Below, piece by piece: positions 8,841-20,400 of a stretch of DNA of 64,000 nucleotides (position 1 is the stretch's first letter; every line of letters starts with the position of its first letter). Position numbers and translations under genes: made by a program. Where the stretch lies: IMG/VR virus record IMGVR_UViG_3300049629_000752; one strand, 5' to 3'. The stretch comes from an uncultured virus (IMG/VR IMGVR_UViG_3300049629_000752) (lineage: Duplodnaviria; Heunggongvirae; Uroviricota; Caudoviricetes). The notes below the pieces were generated by a model that was not told the DNA's origin, searched no databases, and saw only the letters and a program-made list of their open reading frames with translations.

Positions 8841-11800
8841 ATGGCTGATGTTCAATCTAATATTCATGTAAATATAGATACGTCTGAAGCATTAGCCAGC
8901 ATAAAAGCATTACAAAGGCAGATATCAGCCTTCCATACATCAATGGCAAAGAGTGGCGCTGCAGCAGCAGCCGTCTCTGCCAACATGCAACAAAATTTAA
9001 TTAACTCACTTAATGCTAGTGGTAAATGGTCCGCTTCTATGCGGAATGTTAAAACAACCACAGAATCTTTTACAAATGCATTAGAAAAAAACAAACTGTC
9101 GATGCGGGATTATTACCGTTATTCGATGGGTGCCACAAAAACATTTGGTAAATTTTTTAAATCAGAATTTGATACTGTAAATAAAGTAGCAAGAGAAAGA
9201 GTTAAAGATTTACAAACACAATACGTTAAGTTAGGCAGAGATGCCAATGGCGCAATGAAGGCTATTGCAGTTAGACCGTTGGCACTTGATATGAAGAATC
9301 TTGGAACTCAAACTGCTATTGCGTCACAGCGCCAAGCATTGCTTAATCAATTATTAAAGCAGGGCGCTACAAATATGCTTAACTTCGGTAAAAATACACA
9401 GTGGGCTGGTCGTCAGTTAATGGTTGGTTTCACCGTTCCTCTGGCTTATTTAGGAACAGCAGCAGCAAAAACATTTATGAAGTTAGAAGAACAGGCAATT
9501 AGATTTAAGCGTGTTTATGGTGAAATGTTTACTACTGGTGAAGAAACAGATAAGATGCTTAAAGAAATTCAACTACTTGCTAAAGAGTTTACTAGGTATG
9601 GAGTTTCTGTTGAGAAAACTATGGAGATGGCTGCATCAGCAGCAGCAAGCGGTAAACTAGGTGCAGACCTTTTAGCACAGGTAAATGAGGCAACAAGACT
9701 TGCGGTTCTTGGTGGAGTAGAGCAAGAACAAGCATTAGAAACCACAATATCATTAACAAACGCTTTCGGTTTGGCATCTGAAGATCTTGCTAAAAAGATT
9801 AACTTTCTAAACGCAGTAGAAAACCAAACAGTTGTTTCTATTGAAGATTTAACTATTGCTATTCCAAAAGCAGGTCCAGTAGTTCAGCAATTGGGTGGAG
9901 ATGTTGAAGACTTAGCATTCTTCTTAACTGCTATGAAGGAAGGTGGCATCAATGCTTCCGAAGGCGCTAACGCACTCAAGTCTGGTCTGGCATCATTAAT
10001 TAACCCTACAGAAAAAGCAAGCAAGATGCTTGGAGAAATGGGAGTTAATATAACTGGAATTGTTGAAGCAAATAAGGGCAATGTTAAGGGTGTTGTTGTT
10101 GATTTTGCTAATGCATTAAATACTCTTGATCCATTAAACCGTGCTCGTGCAATCGAACAACTATTTGGTAAGTTCCAGTTTTCACGTTTGTCCACATTAT
10201 TTCAAAACGTAATTGCTGAGGGAAATCAGGCAAGTCGTGTTTTAACATTAACAAAGGCAACTACGGAAGAACTTGCTATTTTATCTGAGCGAGAACTGGC
10301 AAGAGTAGAAGAGTCTACTACATATAAATTTAAGAAAACAATAGAAGATCTAAAGGTAACTCTTGCCCCTGTAGGAGAGCAGTTCTTAAAAGCAATAACT
10401 CCAATTGTAGAGTTTGTTAGTAAAATATTAGAAAAATTTAATAATTTAGGAGACGGTACAAAGAAATTTGTTATTATCCTAACTACTCTTTTAGGAGGAA
10501 TAGGTCCAGTACTTCTTATGACATTTGGTTTGTTGGCTAATGGTTTGGCTAATATAATTAAACTTTTTGTAAGTATGAAATCTGTATTTAATAGGGCTGG
10601 TCAATCTTCCACTGTATTAGGAAATCAAACACAATTTTTAACTGCTGAACAGGCACAGGCAACTGCTGTCGCAGCATCTTTGGAGCAGGTACATGTTAAG
10701 TTACAACAAACATTTACATCTGAAGTTGCAGCACTTAATGCATTAACTCAGGCATATCAAAGAGCAATTGCAGCACAAAGAGGTTTTGGTGGACCAATAG
10801 TAGGCAAAGGAAGAAAAGGTTTTGCTGATGGAACAAAGAAGGTAAAGCCATTTTATTTTGCAAGAGGAACAGACACAGTTCCAGCAATGCTGACACCTGG
10901 AGAGGCAGTAATCCCAGCAGGTCCAGCACAAGATCCAAGAAATAAACCAGCAATAGCGCATATGATTTCAGGTGGAACTATGAGTATGTTCTCCGTTGGA
11001 ACAAAGGGTGCTGGTGATTTTTCTCATATAGGAACTCCAAGAACTGTAGGGGCGTTAGACTTAGTTAATAAGTTAAAGGCATTGCCTGCAGGTATTATTA
11101 GTGCAAGAGCAATGCAGGCCATAGAAGCAGTTGCCATGAAGTTTGCTAACACCCTAAAGATTAATCTTTATGGAAAACTAGGCATAACAACTGGCATGTC
11201 CAATGTTGACGGCAGACAGGTATCAATGAATAACCTTATGAAACCAGGTGGACGTGGAGTTGGTAAGGGCGAGTTTATGGCAGATTGGGATAAGAGGGGT
11301 CTCAATAGATGGAAGATATCTTTGCGTAATGGTGGAATGAAGATGCAAGATGTTGCTGCAGATCTTGCTATCTTAGATACACATATGAAGGATTACCTAA
11401 CAAGCCTTGACGCAAATACTAGAATAACTGATACTCATGTTAAAGAAGCATACGATTATGGTCGTAGAAAGATGGGTGCAGAAAATAGATTAGTTAGAGC
11501 CTTTGATCAATTAGCAGTAACTGCTGGCGAGGCAAGAATTAATATTTCTCAAGCAGCACAAAAGATGGCAGGCCTACCAACTGCTCCAGGTGGAGGTAGT
11601 AAGGGTGCTGTAGACGTCAACGGTATGAAAATTAGGCGTGGTGGAGATAGATTTACTTTCTATAAGAGAACAGGTTTTAGCCTTGTAGATTTTGCAGAAA
11701 AGAGCATGGCTGAAGGAATGAGGGAAAGAGCACAGGTTGCATCCCCATCTAGAGTTACAAAGAAGATTGGTGCAGATATCGCAGCAGGCGCAGTAATTGG

Positions 11801-14800
11801 CATGAAAGAATATGTTGATGATGCAAGAGTTGCAGGACAGCAAATAGGTGGTGCTGTAGCACAAGGTGCAATGTCTCAAGCACAAAAGGCAGCAGCATCT
11901 AGATCAGCACTTTATGGAACTGGACCAATTGATCCAGCACAGAAATCGTTAAGAAGACAACTAGAAAGACAAGCAAGACTAAAGGCATTAGCAGAAAAGA
12001 AACTAGTTACACAGTCACAAGTTACTGGTATGGTTGCTGCTGGTGCTTCAGGAAATGCTGGCAACAAGGCTAAGGGAGGCCTACTAGGAAGGCTTAGAAG
12101 GCCAACTGCACAGGATCCAGATGGAGATGGTGTTCCAAATAGAGGAATGGGTGCTGGAGGCGCTATGATGGCAGCCTCAGCCATAACCATGGGAGCCTCT
12201 ATGATGCCAGGAGCAATTGGCGACATGGCACAAAAGATAATGATGCCATTAATGGCGCTGACTATGGTCTTGCCATTACTACAAAGTAAACTAGGTTTGT
12301 TTGCAGTAGGAATAGGATTAGTTATTGCTGCAGCAGTAAGGCTAAGAATGGCTTTTGATAAAGCACAAGACTCAGCAATGAAACTTGCTTTAGCAACAGG
12401 TTCTGGGCAAGATGCAATAAGAAGCATGGCTAAGTTTGCTGGAGGCGTTACAGCAGGCGAAGTTATGGATAGAAGAAGAGAAGCAGCAGTAAATCCATTC
12501 TCTATTCAAACAGGAAAGACAACCTTTGGAGAATCTTTTGTTGCAAGTCAAGAAGGCAAAGATTTAGTAAAGGCAACTGGACAAAATATTCAGGGTATGG
12601 GACGTGCAGGAGCACAGGGAAGAATGGTTAACCAACTTGCAACAGCGGTTTCATCTGGAGCAATGACAGCAGCCCAGGCAAGAAGCGTTGCAGCAAACAT
12701 TGGAAAAGAACTTGGAGATTATAGTTTTGGAATTCAGGTTAATGCAAAACTTATAGAGTTAATTGGCGTTAATGGAGAAAATTTATTAAAAGATCCATTA
12801 GCAGTTCGTGTTAAATTAATAGAAGAAACAAGAAAAAATGTTCAGTCATTCGGAGATCAGGCCAAGTCTGCTGGTGCTTGGACTGGAAAAGATATGCTTA
12901 AGGTTGGTGCAGGTGGTACCGTTGGTGGTGCTTTAGCAGGAGCAGCAACTGGAGCAATCATAGGCTCTGTTGTTCCAGTAATAGGAACAGCATTAGGTGC
13001 AGGAGTTGGAGCAGTTGCTGGTTCTATAGCAGGAAACTTATTCTCAAGGAAAGATCGTGCAGAAAGAATAGGAACAGCATCAGGGGCATCAATTGCTATG
13101 CAAAAAATGGCACTAGAACAGCAGCAAGAAATGGTAGATTCATTAGATATTGCATATGAAAAAAGAATTGCAGAAGCACAGGCAGCAGGTGATTTAGCCA
13201 AGGTAGATGAATTAACTAATAAGCATCTTAAAGATAGATCAGCACTATTAGAACAAAATGGTAAATTATTAAAAGATATAGCAACTTCTTATTCTACTGC
13301 TGAGGGAGCAACAAGAAAAGCACTTGATACAGGAGCAGACAAAGCAATTACTAATAAGTATAAGGGCACTGCCATGGAAGATGTTGCAAAGTTAGCAAAA
13401 CAAAATCTTAACGATAATCAAAATTTAACTGGAGAACAAAGATATCTTCTAAAGATGGAGTTAGCATCTGGAGAAATAGATCCAATGCAAATGATAAATC
13501 TTTTAGAGTCATTTGGAAATGATAAAGAATCAATAACTAAAGTTATGAATATTATAACTAAGTTTGGTGGAGCATTTGGAAATCAAATTATGTCGACTGC
13601 ATCTTTATTTGTTGATAAAGATGGTAATCCAGTTAAGAGTGTGCAGACTAAGTTTATTGCTAAAATAGAAAGCGCTGGAAATGCAGAAGAGGCAGAAAGG
13701 CTTAGAAGTTTTTATGCAATGGTGGCCAAAACAGGTAATGTTTTAAATACATCAATAATTACTGAATTTTTATTAAAGAACCCAGAAGTAGCAGATAGAT
13801 TGATGAAACAAACAGAACAAATTGAAGCGCTTAAGGGCAAGATTGATTTTACAGTTGCAAGCAAAGTTTTAAATGCAGATCAGTTAAAAATATTAAATGA
13901 TGACTTAGATTATTTTAATAGTATTAAAACTGATGAGTTAAAGAAGGTTTACCTACAGACATTAGTTCAAACTATAACAACTGTATCTCCAGACGATCCA
14001 GCGCTACAGTCTTGGTTAAGCGCTGAAGGGTCTGCATATAAAAATTCTCCACCTGGAACACAATTACAAGAGTACGCTCAATGGAATGCTCAACGTGTTA
14101 CTGTAACGGCAGCAGATACAACAACTGGCCCAACAAAAACACCATCTTCAGGCGGAGGAACCAAACAAACATCCGTACTTGATGAACTTGTAAAGAAATT
14201 ACGAGACGTTCGCAAAAATCAAATCAAGGTAACAGAAGGCTGGTCTGCTTCTATGAAGACCTTGGATCAGTTATTTGGTGGCAAAAAGAGAATAGAAATA
14301 TTTAGTGGTATAGAGCAAGACCTAACTAAACTAGGTGCCAAGGGTAATTTTATAGAGTTGATTGTTGGGATGGATCCAAAAGAATATGAGAAAAGAAAAA
14401 ATCAGTTATTTAAATTTGATAACAAAGGCAATATAGTTGGTTTAAAGCGTGATGCAAAAACAGTTCAAGAAGCATTAAATGCAATTGTTGCTGGAGACTA
14501 TGCTTCTCAAATGAAGAGACAAGAAAAAGATTTAGAAGATCAGGCTAAGGCATATAATATTTTAAGAGGCGCTGGATTAGGTTTTGCAGATACACAAGAA
14601 CTTATAGCAGATAAGGCTTTTGCTGCTATGATTGCATCAGAAGGAAATACAAAGGCTGCTAAAAATCTTATAGAGTTGTTAAAGAAAGTTAAATCAAAGT
14701 CTGCTACAGCACAAGCAACCATGGATATACGTGCTGACTTTGATGCATCAGAACTAGAAAAAAAAGCAAAAGAAAATTTAGCAAAAGTTGCAAAAGATAA

Positions 14801-16775
14801 AAACTGGAGTTGGCTAGAGGCAGATGCAATTCTTAGTGACGAGACATTAAGAGATGCTATGGGTAAGTGGGATAAACTTACTAAAGAACAAAAAGAAGTA
14901 TTCCAGAAAAGATTGCAACAAGTATTAAACTCTATAGAATTTAAAGAATCTATTTTCCAAAAAGGCTTTGATAAGGCCATGGAAAAATTCTCTGTTATGG
15001 AAACAAAAATAGAGTTAGATTTTCAATTTACAACACTAAAAGATCAAGATATTATAGAAAAAGCACAGGATAAGATTGCTGGTATTAATTATGAAATTGA
15101 TGATTGGGAAGCAAGTCTTAAGGGCATTGAGGATCAAGAAGAAAAGATTAATGAAAAATATGATGCTAAGTTTAAGGCATTAGATGAAATTCGTGCAATA
15201 AATGAAAGAATATCAAAACAACAAAAGGGCCAGTTAACAATTGCAGACGCTTTATCTCAAGGTGATATATCTGCTGCAGCAAGAGCAGCACAGGATTTAA
15301 GAGCAGAACAAGCAAATCAGGCATTAGATGATCAACAAAAATTATTAGAGGCTGCGAAAGAAAATGAGTTGGCGCAAGTTAGAAATGACAAGGGCTATAC
15401 TCGTGCACAAATTGAAGATCAAATTAAGAAATTACGTGCTGAAATATTTAAAATTGAAGAAGAAGAACTTGAGCCAGCACAAGAAAGAGTTCGTATTGAA
15501 GAGGCAAAAAAGAGAGAATTAATACAGTCATTAACAGTTCTTGGCAAGTCCAAATTAGAGTGGGAAGAAATAAAGAATAGAATTGATTTGGCAAGAACAT
15601 CTAGCGCTGAATATATGCAGGCTATACAGGCTGCGCTTGATGTTGTAGAAGACATTGTTAATTATTGGCTATCACTTGATGGCAAGATTATAACTACAAC
15701 TCACAAGATTATTACTATTTATGAAAACGGCGGAAGTACTGGCGGAAACAATGGTGGCAACAATGGTGGCGACGACGGCGGAGATAATGATGGAACCACA
15801 GATGATGTTATAGTTGATACTGGAGAATGCCCTCCAGGAATGATTAAGGCAGATGATGGAAGATGTATCGGTGACTTTAGAGGCATAAATGATGGCGATG
15901 ATGGCACAAATACAAATAATAACAACAATAATAACAATAATAATTCAAATAATCAAGGTGGAGACAACAATACTGGTACAGCACCAAACGGAAGAATAAA
16001 TGGAGTAGTGCTGCCTTCTGGAGTAGTTCCTACAAATGTACTAAATCATCTTAACGACTTAGGAAATATACAGAATAATATTGCAAAAAATTCTGCAGAC
16101 TTCGCAGCAAAGATTCAGGCATCAAAAATTGCTGATGAGGCAGGTCAAGTTGCAGCATCACACTATATGGATTTGTATAATTTAGGAAAAGCAGTAAATG
16201 ATGCAAATGCCACAAGAGTTACTGAAATGCAAAAAGACATGCAAAAGGCAGAAGCAAATCTTAAAAATACTAAGCCAGTTTTATCTAATAGTCAAAAAGC
16301 ATCTGTTTCTAATGCAGCAAAATCAAGCACTACTGGAGCATCTCACTTAGCAGATTTGCTTGCTCAAGAGAATAAGGCAAAAGCAGCAAAGGCTGCAGCA
16401 GAGGCAAAGAGACAAGCAGAAATAAAAGCAGGCAAGGCATTACAAAACAGCATTCTTGGATCTATGGGATTCAATCGTGCTAGGGGTGGAATAATTCCTA
16501 AGAGGTACGCTCTAGGTGGACGTGTACTTGGAACAGATACTGTACCAGCAATGCTAACTCCTGGTGAGTTCATTATGAGTAGACATGCTGTTCAATCTTA
16601 TGGAATAGATAGAATGAAAGCAATTAATAATGGAGAGTATCCAGACGCTTCGGTGTATAATTATAGTATTGCTGTCAATGTAAGATCTGACGCAAATCCT
16701 GATGAAATTGCAAGAGCAGTAATGACACAAATTCGCCAGGTAGATTCTAAGAGACTTAGGGGCAGGGCAGGATAA
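8841..16775 (+). CDS. Tape measure protein (2644 aa)
   Basis: Longest ORF, after chaperones; TP901-like core (EGANALKSGLASL, RARAIEQLFGK), hydrophobic/Gly-zipper segments, coiled coils, GTDTVPAMLTPGE motif twice. Confidence 0.95.
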   Translation: MADVQSNIHVNIDTSEALASIKALQRQISAFHTSMAKSGAAAAAVSANMQQNLINSLNASGKWSASMRNVKTTTESFTNALEKNKLSMRDYYRYSMGATKTFGKFFKSEFDTVNKVARERVKDLQTQYVKLGRDANGAMKAIAVRPLALDMKNLGTQTAIASQRQALLNQLLKQGATNMLNFGKNTQWAGRQLMVGFTVPLAYLGTAAAKTFMKLEEQAIRFKRVYGEMFTTGEETDKMLKEIQLLAKEFTRYGVSVEKTMEMAASAAASGKLGADLLAQVNEATRLAVLGGVEQEQALETTISLTNAFGLASEDLAKKINFLNAVENQTVVSIEDLTIAIPKAGPVVQQLGGDVEDLAFFLTAMKEGGINASEGANALKSGLASLINPTEKASKMLGEMGVNITGIVEANKGNVKGVVVDFANALNTLDPLNRARAIEQLFGKFQFSRLSTLFQNVIAEGNQASRVLTLTKATTEELAILSERELARVEESTTYKFKKTIEDLKVTLAPVGEQFLKAITPIVEFVSKILEKFNNLGDGTKKFVIILTTLLGGIGPVLLMTFGLLANGLANIIKLFVSMKSVFNRAGQSSTVLGNQTQFLTAEQAQATAVAASLEQVHVKLQQTFTSEVAALNALTQAYQRAIAAQRGFGGPIVGKGRKGFADGTKKVKPFYFARGTDTVPAMLTPGEAVIPAGPAQDPRNKPAIAHMISGGTMSMFSVGTKGAGDFSHIGTPRTVGALDLVNKLKALPAGIISARAMQAIEAVAMKFANTLKINLYGKLGITTGMSNVDGRQVSMNNLMKPGGRGVGKGEFMADWDKRGLNRWKISLRNGGMKMQDVAADLAILDTHMKDYLTSLDANTRITDTHVKEAYDYGRRKMGAENRLVRAFDQLAVTAGEARINISQAAQKMAGLPTAPGGGSKGAVDVNGMKIRRGGDRFTFYKRTGFSLVDFAEKSMAEGMRERAQVASPSRVTKKIGADIAAGAVIGMKEYVDDARVAGQQIGGAVAQGAMSQAQKAAASRSALYGTGPIDPAQKSLRRQLERQARLKALAEKKLVTQSQVTGMVAAGASGNAGNKAKGGLLGRLRRPTAQDPDGDGVPNRGMGAGGAMMAASAITMGASMMPGAIGDMAQKIMMPLMALTMVLPLLQSKLGLFAVGIGLVIAAAVRLRMAFDKAQDSAMKLALATGSGQDAIRSMAKFAGGVTAGEVMDRRREAAVNPFSIQTGKTTFGESFVASQEGKDLVKATGQNIQGMGRAGAQGRMVNQLATAVSSGAMTAAQARSVAANIGKELGDYSFGIQVNAKLIELIGVNGENLLKDPLAVRVKLIEETRKNVQSFGDQAKSAGAWTGKDMLKVGAGGTVGGALAGAATGAIIGSVVPVIGTALGAGVGAVAGSIAGNLFSRKDRAERIGTASGASIAMQKMALEQQQEMVDSLDIAYEKRIAEAQAAGDLAKVDELTNKHLKDRSALLEQNGKLLKDIATSYSTAEGATRKALDTGADKAITNKYKGTAMEDVAKLAKQNLNDNQNLTGEQRYLLKMELASGEIDPMQMINLLESFGNDKESITKVMNIITKFGGAFGNQIMSTASLFVDKDGNPVKSVQTKFIAKIESAGNAEEAERLRSFYAMVAKTGNVLNTSIITEFLLKNPEVADRLMKQTEQIEALKGKIDFTVASKVLNADQLKILNDDLDYFNSIKTDELKKVYLQTLVQTITTVSPDDPALQSWLSAEGSAYKNSPPGTQLQEYAQWNAQRVTVTAADTTTGPTKTPSSGGGTKQTSVLDELVKKLRDVRKNQIKVTEGWSASMKTLDQLFGGKKRIEIFSGIEQDLTKLGAKGNFIELIVGMDPKEYEKRKNQLFKFDNKGNIVGLKRDAKTVQEALNAIVAGDYASQMKRQEKDLEDQAKAYNILRGAGLGFADTQELIADKAFAAMIASEGNTKAAKNLIELLKKVKSKSATAQATMDIRADFDASELEKKAKENLAKVAKDKNWSWLEADAILSDETLRDAMGKWDKLTKEQKEVFQKRLQQVLNSIEFKESIFQKGFDKAMEKFSVMETKIELDFQFTTLKDQDIIEKAQDKIAGINYEIDDWEASLKGIEDQEEKINEKYDAKFKALDEIRAINERISKQQKGQLTIADALSQGDISAAARAAQDLRAEQANQALDDQQKLLEAAKENELAQVRNDKGYTRAQIEDQIKKLRAEIFKIEEEELEPAQERVRIEEAKKRELIQSLTVLGKSKLEWEEIKNRIDLARTSSAEYMQAIQAALDVVEDIVNYWLSLDGKIITTTHKIITIYENGGSTGGNNGGNNGGDDGGDNDGTTDDVIVDTGECPPGMIKADDGRCIGDFRGINDGDDGTNTNNNNNNNNNNSNNQGGDNNTGTAPNGRINGVVLPSGVVPTNVLNHLNDLGNIQNNIAKNSADFAAKIQASKIADEAGQVAASHYMDLYNLGKAVNDANATRVTEMQKDMQKAEANLKNTKPVLSNSQKASVSNAAKSSTTGASHLADLLAQENKAKAAKAAAEAKRQAEIKAGKALQNSILGSMGFNRARGGIIPKRYALGGRVLGTDTVPAMLTPGEFIMSRHAVQSYGIDRMKAINNGEYPDASVYNYSIAVNVRSDANPDEIARAVMTQIRQVDSKRLRGRAG

Positions 16776-17449
16776 TGGCTACAGCAAGTTATATAACTGG
16801 TAGAAGAAGATACCAAAGACCACAGGGAATGCTATGGTCAGAAAATTCTGGCAGCCTTGTAGAGTTGACTCCTGGAGGAAATAAAATATATGTTCCCAAT
16901 GGTTTGGAAATAGGACAGGATGTTGGAAGCGAAACCAACACAGACTTGTATGATCAATTTTTAATTTTATCTGATGACAATAGAGGAGAGATAAATTTCA
17001 AGCCTACTAGAATTGAAAAGCGAGAAAGAATGATTAATGGCCGTATGAGGTCATACCATATTGCAGATAAATTACAGATAAGCACATCTTGGGACATGCT
17101 GCCTTCTAGATCCTATTTTCAACTGCCAGAATTTAACTTAACTACTGGAAAGTCACCTCACATTAATGATAATAATTTAGAGTTCACAACAGATGGTGGC
17201 GCAGGTGGAGTAGAGATACTAGACTGGTATGAAAATCATCAGGGTCCATTTTGGGTTTACCTTTCATATGATAACTATAAAAACTTTAAAAATGAAGAAG
17301 GTCAGGTTGATAATAATTCTTATGCACACTTGCCACAATATAGTCAACTAATTCAAATGTATTTTACAGATTTTACATATTCTGTGGTTAAAAGAGGCGG
17401 AAGCAATTTTGATTTCTGGAATATAAATCTTACATTGGAAGAAGTGTAA
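16775..17449 (+). CDS. Putative distal tail protein
   Basis: Directly after tape measure; C-terminal WNINLTLEEV. Confidence 0.6.
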   Translation: MATASYITGRRRYQRPQGMLWSENSGSLVELTPGGNKIYVPNGLEIGQDVGSETNTDLYDQFLILSDDNRGEINFKPTRIEKRERMINGRMRSYHIADKLQISTSWDMLPSRSYFQLPEFNLTTGKSPHINDNNLEFTTDGGAGGVEILDWYENHQGPFWVYLSYDNYKNFKNEEGQVDNNSYAHLPQYSQLIQMYFTDFTYSVVKRGGSNFDFWNINLTLEEV

Positions 17450-20400
17450 TGTTTCAAAATGAAGAGTTAAAGGCTCATTTAGAGTCATCAAGTACAGTTA
17501 AAACACAGTCTGCAATAATTGCAGAATGGAATATGAATATTGCTAATAATATTTTTAGAATTGGAAATTATAGATATAGACCAACACTTTCTAATTCTGA
17601 AAAATATAAATTAATGCCAAATACTTTTGATGTTAATGATATAGGAAATTTTTATACTGGTGCTACAGATGCCGATATTAAGATAGATGGTGGTATAGAT
17701 CCAAGTGATAATGAACAGCCATGGTTTTTATTAGCACAAAATACAAAAAATAAAATGATTTATTCATTAGAAGATTGTTTTAAAAAGTTTAGACCTAGAT
17801 CAGGTATTAATAAAGCAACATATATACCAGGCAAAAAAACACATCATTCTAATTTAAACATGTCTAACAGGCCAAGGTACTACATGGCTGATAAGAATGA
17901 TAATTTTAAATACTGGACATCTTATAGAACAGAATCTGGTTCAGTTTTTGGAATAGCAAATAAGCAAGTAAGTGGACAATATTTTATTGATGATGCATGC
18001 CCATTTGTTGTTTACTCAGATCCAGTACCAACAAATAGAATAGTAGTTAAAATGCAAACCAACGTTGGATCGGTAGACCTTGGTCCATTTTCTGGCTCTT
18101 CAGGCTCATTCTCAGACCCACTGTATGGAGATAATAATAAAACAACACCAGTGCAATGGAAGATACAATACTTAAAACAAAATGAATGGGTTGATGCTAT
18201 AAGGTTTGACTCTAGTTCTAGAAGAAGTGACGGAACTGCTATCATTAAAAATGATGGATATGTAGAATTGGGGTATGGATTAAAGGTACCAGAAAAATAT
18301 AAAGATGCATTTATTCGTGCCGAAGAATATTATGATGAATCATTTTTGCCAAAAGAATCTGTAAATGGCTACGCCTATTTAATAAAAGACAACGAACAAG
18401 ACCTTGGCGTATACCACATATGGTTTGATGGACAATGGGAAACCTTTACCCCGTCATATGGATGGTACTTAGAAGAAGAGACTGTTACTAGACTAACTAA
18501 TTTTGTAACTGATCTAACCAATCCAGTATCCTTTACATCTAATAATGAAAATAAAACAGTATATAGAGAATTTGAAAATATAAGAGGAATAAGAATTGTA
18601 GTAGATACAATGAATAAGGTTAACTCAACTTTTGATCTAATCGAAATGTCTCCAAGGTTGGTTGCCGATATATCTGACAAGGTTACTGGTTTTGCTGTAA
18701 AGAAATCAGCCTCAGATTTAGGAAATAGTGGAATGCCAGTAGGTCAATTATTGGCTTCTGTTGGAACGCTTTCTATATTTGATTATGACGATGCCTTTAA
18801 TGAAAATAATACTGGAAGTATTATATATAAATATCTATCTAATAATATACAAATAAAGTTTTACGATATTATTGTTGATGTCAACGGTTATGATTACATG
18901 GTTCCAATAAAAACTTTATACTGTGATGCTTTCCCAAAATATAATCCTAATGATAGAAAGGTTAGTTTAGAATTAAGAGATTTATATTTTTATTTTGAGT
19001 CAATACTTGCCCCACAAATGCTTGTAACTAACGTATCATTAAGTTATGCTGTTTCCCTCTTGCTAGATTCTATAGGATTTTCCAACTATACCTTTAAAAG
19101 GGTTAGTGGAGAAAAAGAACTAATTATTCCATTTTTTTACATTGGTCCAGAGAAAACTGTTGCAGAGGTTTTAAATGACTTAGCAGTTTCTACACAAACA
19201 GCAATGTTTTTTGATGAATACAATAACTTTGTAATGATGAGTAAAGATTATATGTTACCATCAAATTCCGAAAGAGATATTCAATTTACATTCTACGGAT
19301 CAAATGATTTTGTAAAAGACAATGAAATAAGAAACAAAAATAAAAATACTAAACTAACAAACATTATTGATATAGCATCTAGTGATAAAAATGTTTTTAA
19401 TGATGGAAAGATTAACTATAAGTCCAGATACATTCAAAGATCATATGGAACTATCAAGCAGGCAAGCATGGTTGACAATGAGGCAGCAGCAAAAAATTGG
19501 ATATACAAGCCAGTTCTTTTATGGGAAGTAACTGGAGATACACCACTAAGATCCATTAATGGAGAAACGCAAAGTCAGTCTGCTTATAGCCTATCTGCTA
19601 TTCCTCTAAATTCTGACCTATCCTCTAATGTTCCAATTGTTGTGGGAAATCAAGTAACAAACAATACAATAGATTTAGGAGAAGCAGTATATTGGCTAGG
19701 AAGACACGCTGGATATTTTTATGCTAATGGAGAAATTATTAGATTTGATGCGGTCCAATATAGCATTCCTGGAGCAGAAAAAAATATTGCAATACAAGAG
19801 TCCAATGGTAAAGTTTCATTTACAACCACAACCGTTGGAGCAATAGGAAATGTTTGGATTAGCAGCAACCAAGAGTATCAAAATTATATGGGTAAATTAA
19901 CTTTTAATGGAAAGATATATCCGACTGGACTTGTAAGAATTTACTCTGAGCCAAAGTATGAAGAAGTAAATGGAATAACAGTAATGAAAAATGGAGAGGT
20001 ATCCAGACACGGAAGAGGTCAATTTGGAACACAAATACTTTCCCATAAGGCTGGACTAGATCCTTATTGGAGCAACGATTTGTACGTTCGTGGCATGGAT
20101 ATGGAAAGCAAGTATTTGTTTGGTTTAGAATATATTGCAAAATCAAAAGAAGAATTAGTTGATGATTTGGGAGAAGAGATAGTTTTAAGCGAAGGTCCTG
20201 CTGGTGTAAATAATATAAGATCAAAAGAAAATAAAAGAACTGGAATTATTAAAAATTTCTTATCTACATCTTTTACAAAAGAAACACAAAATAATACAAT
20301 AAAGTCTACTCAGGCTGGATCAGTTCAATCTTCAGCATTAGTAATGTCTGGACCATCATTTCCAAATACAGAAAAGCCTATTGACTTTTTGTCTTATCAG

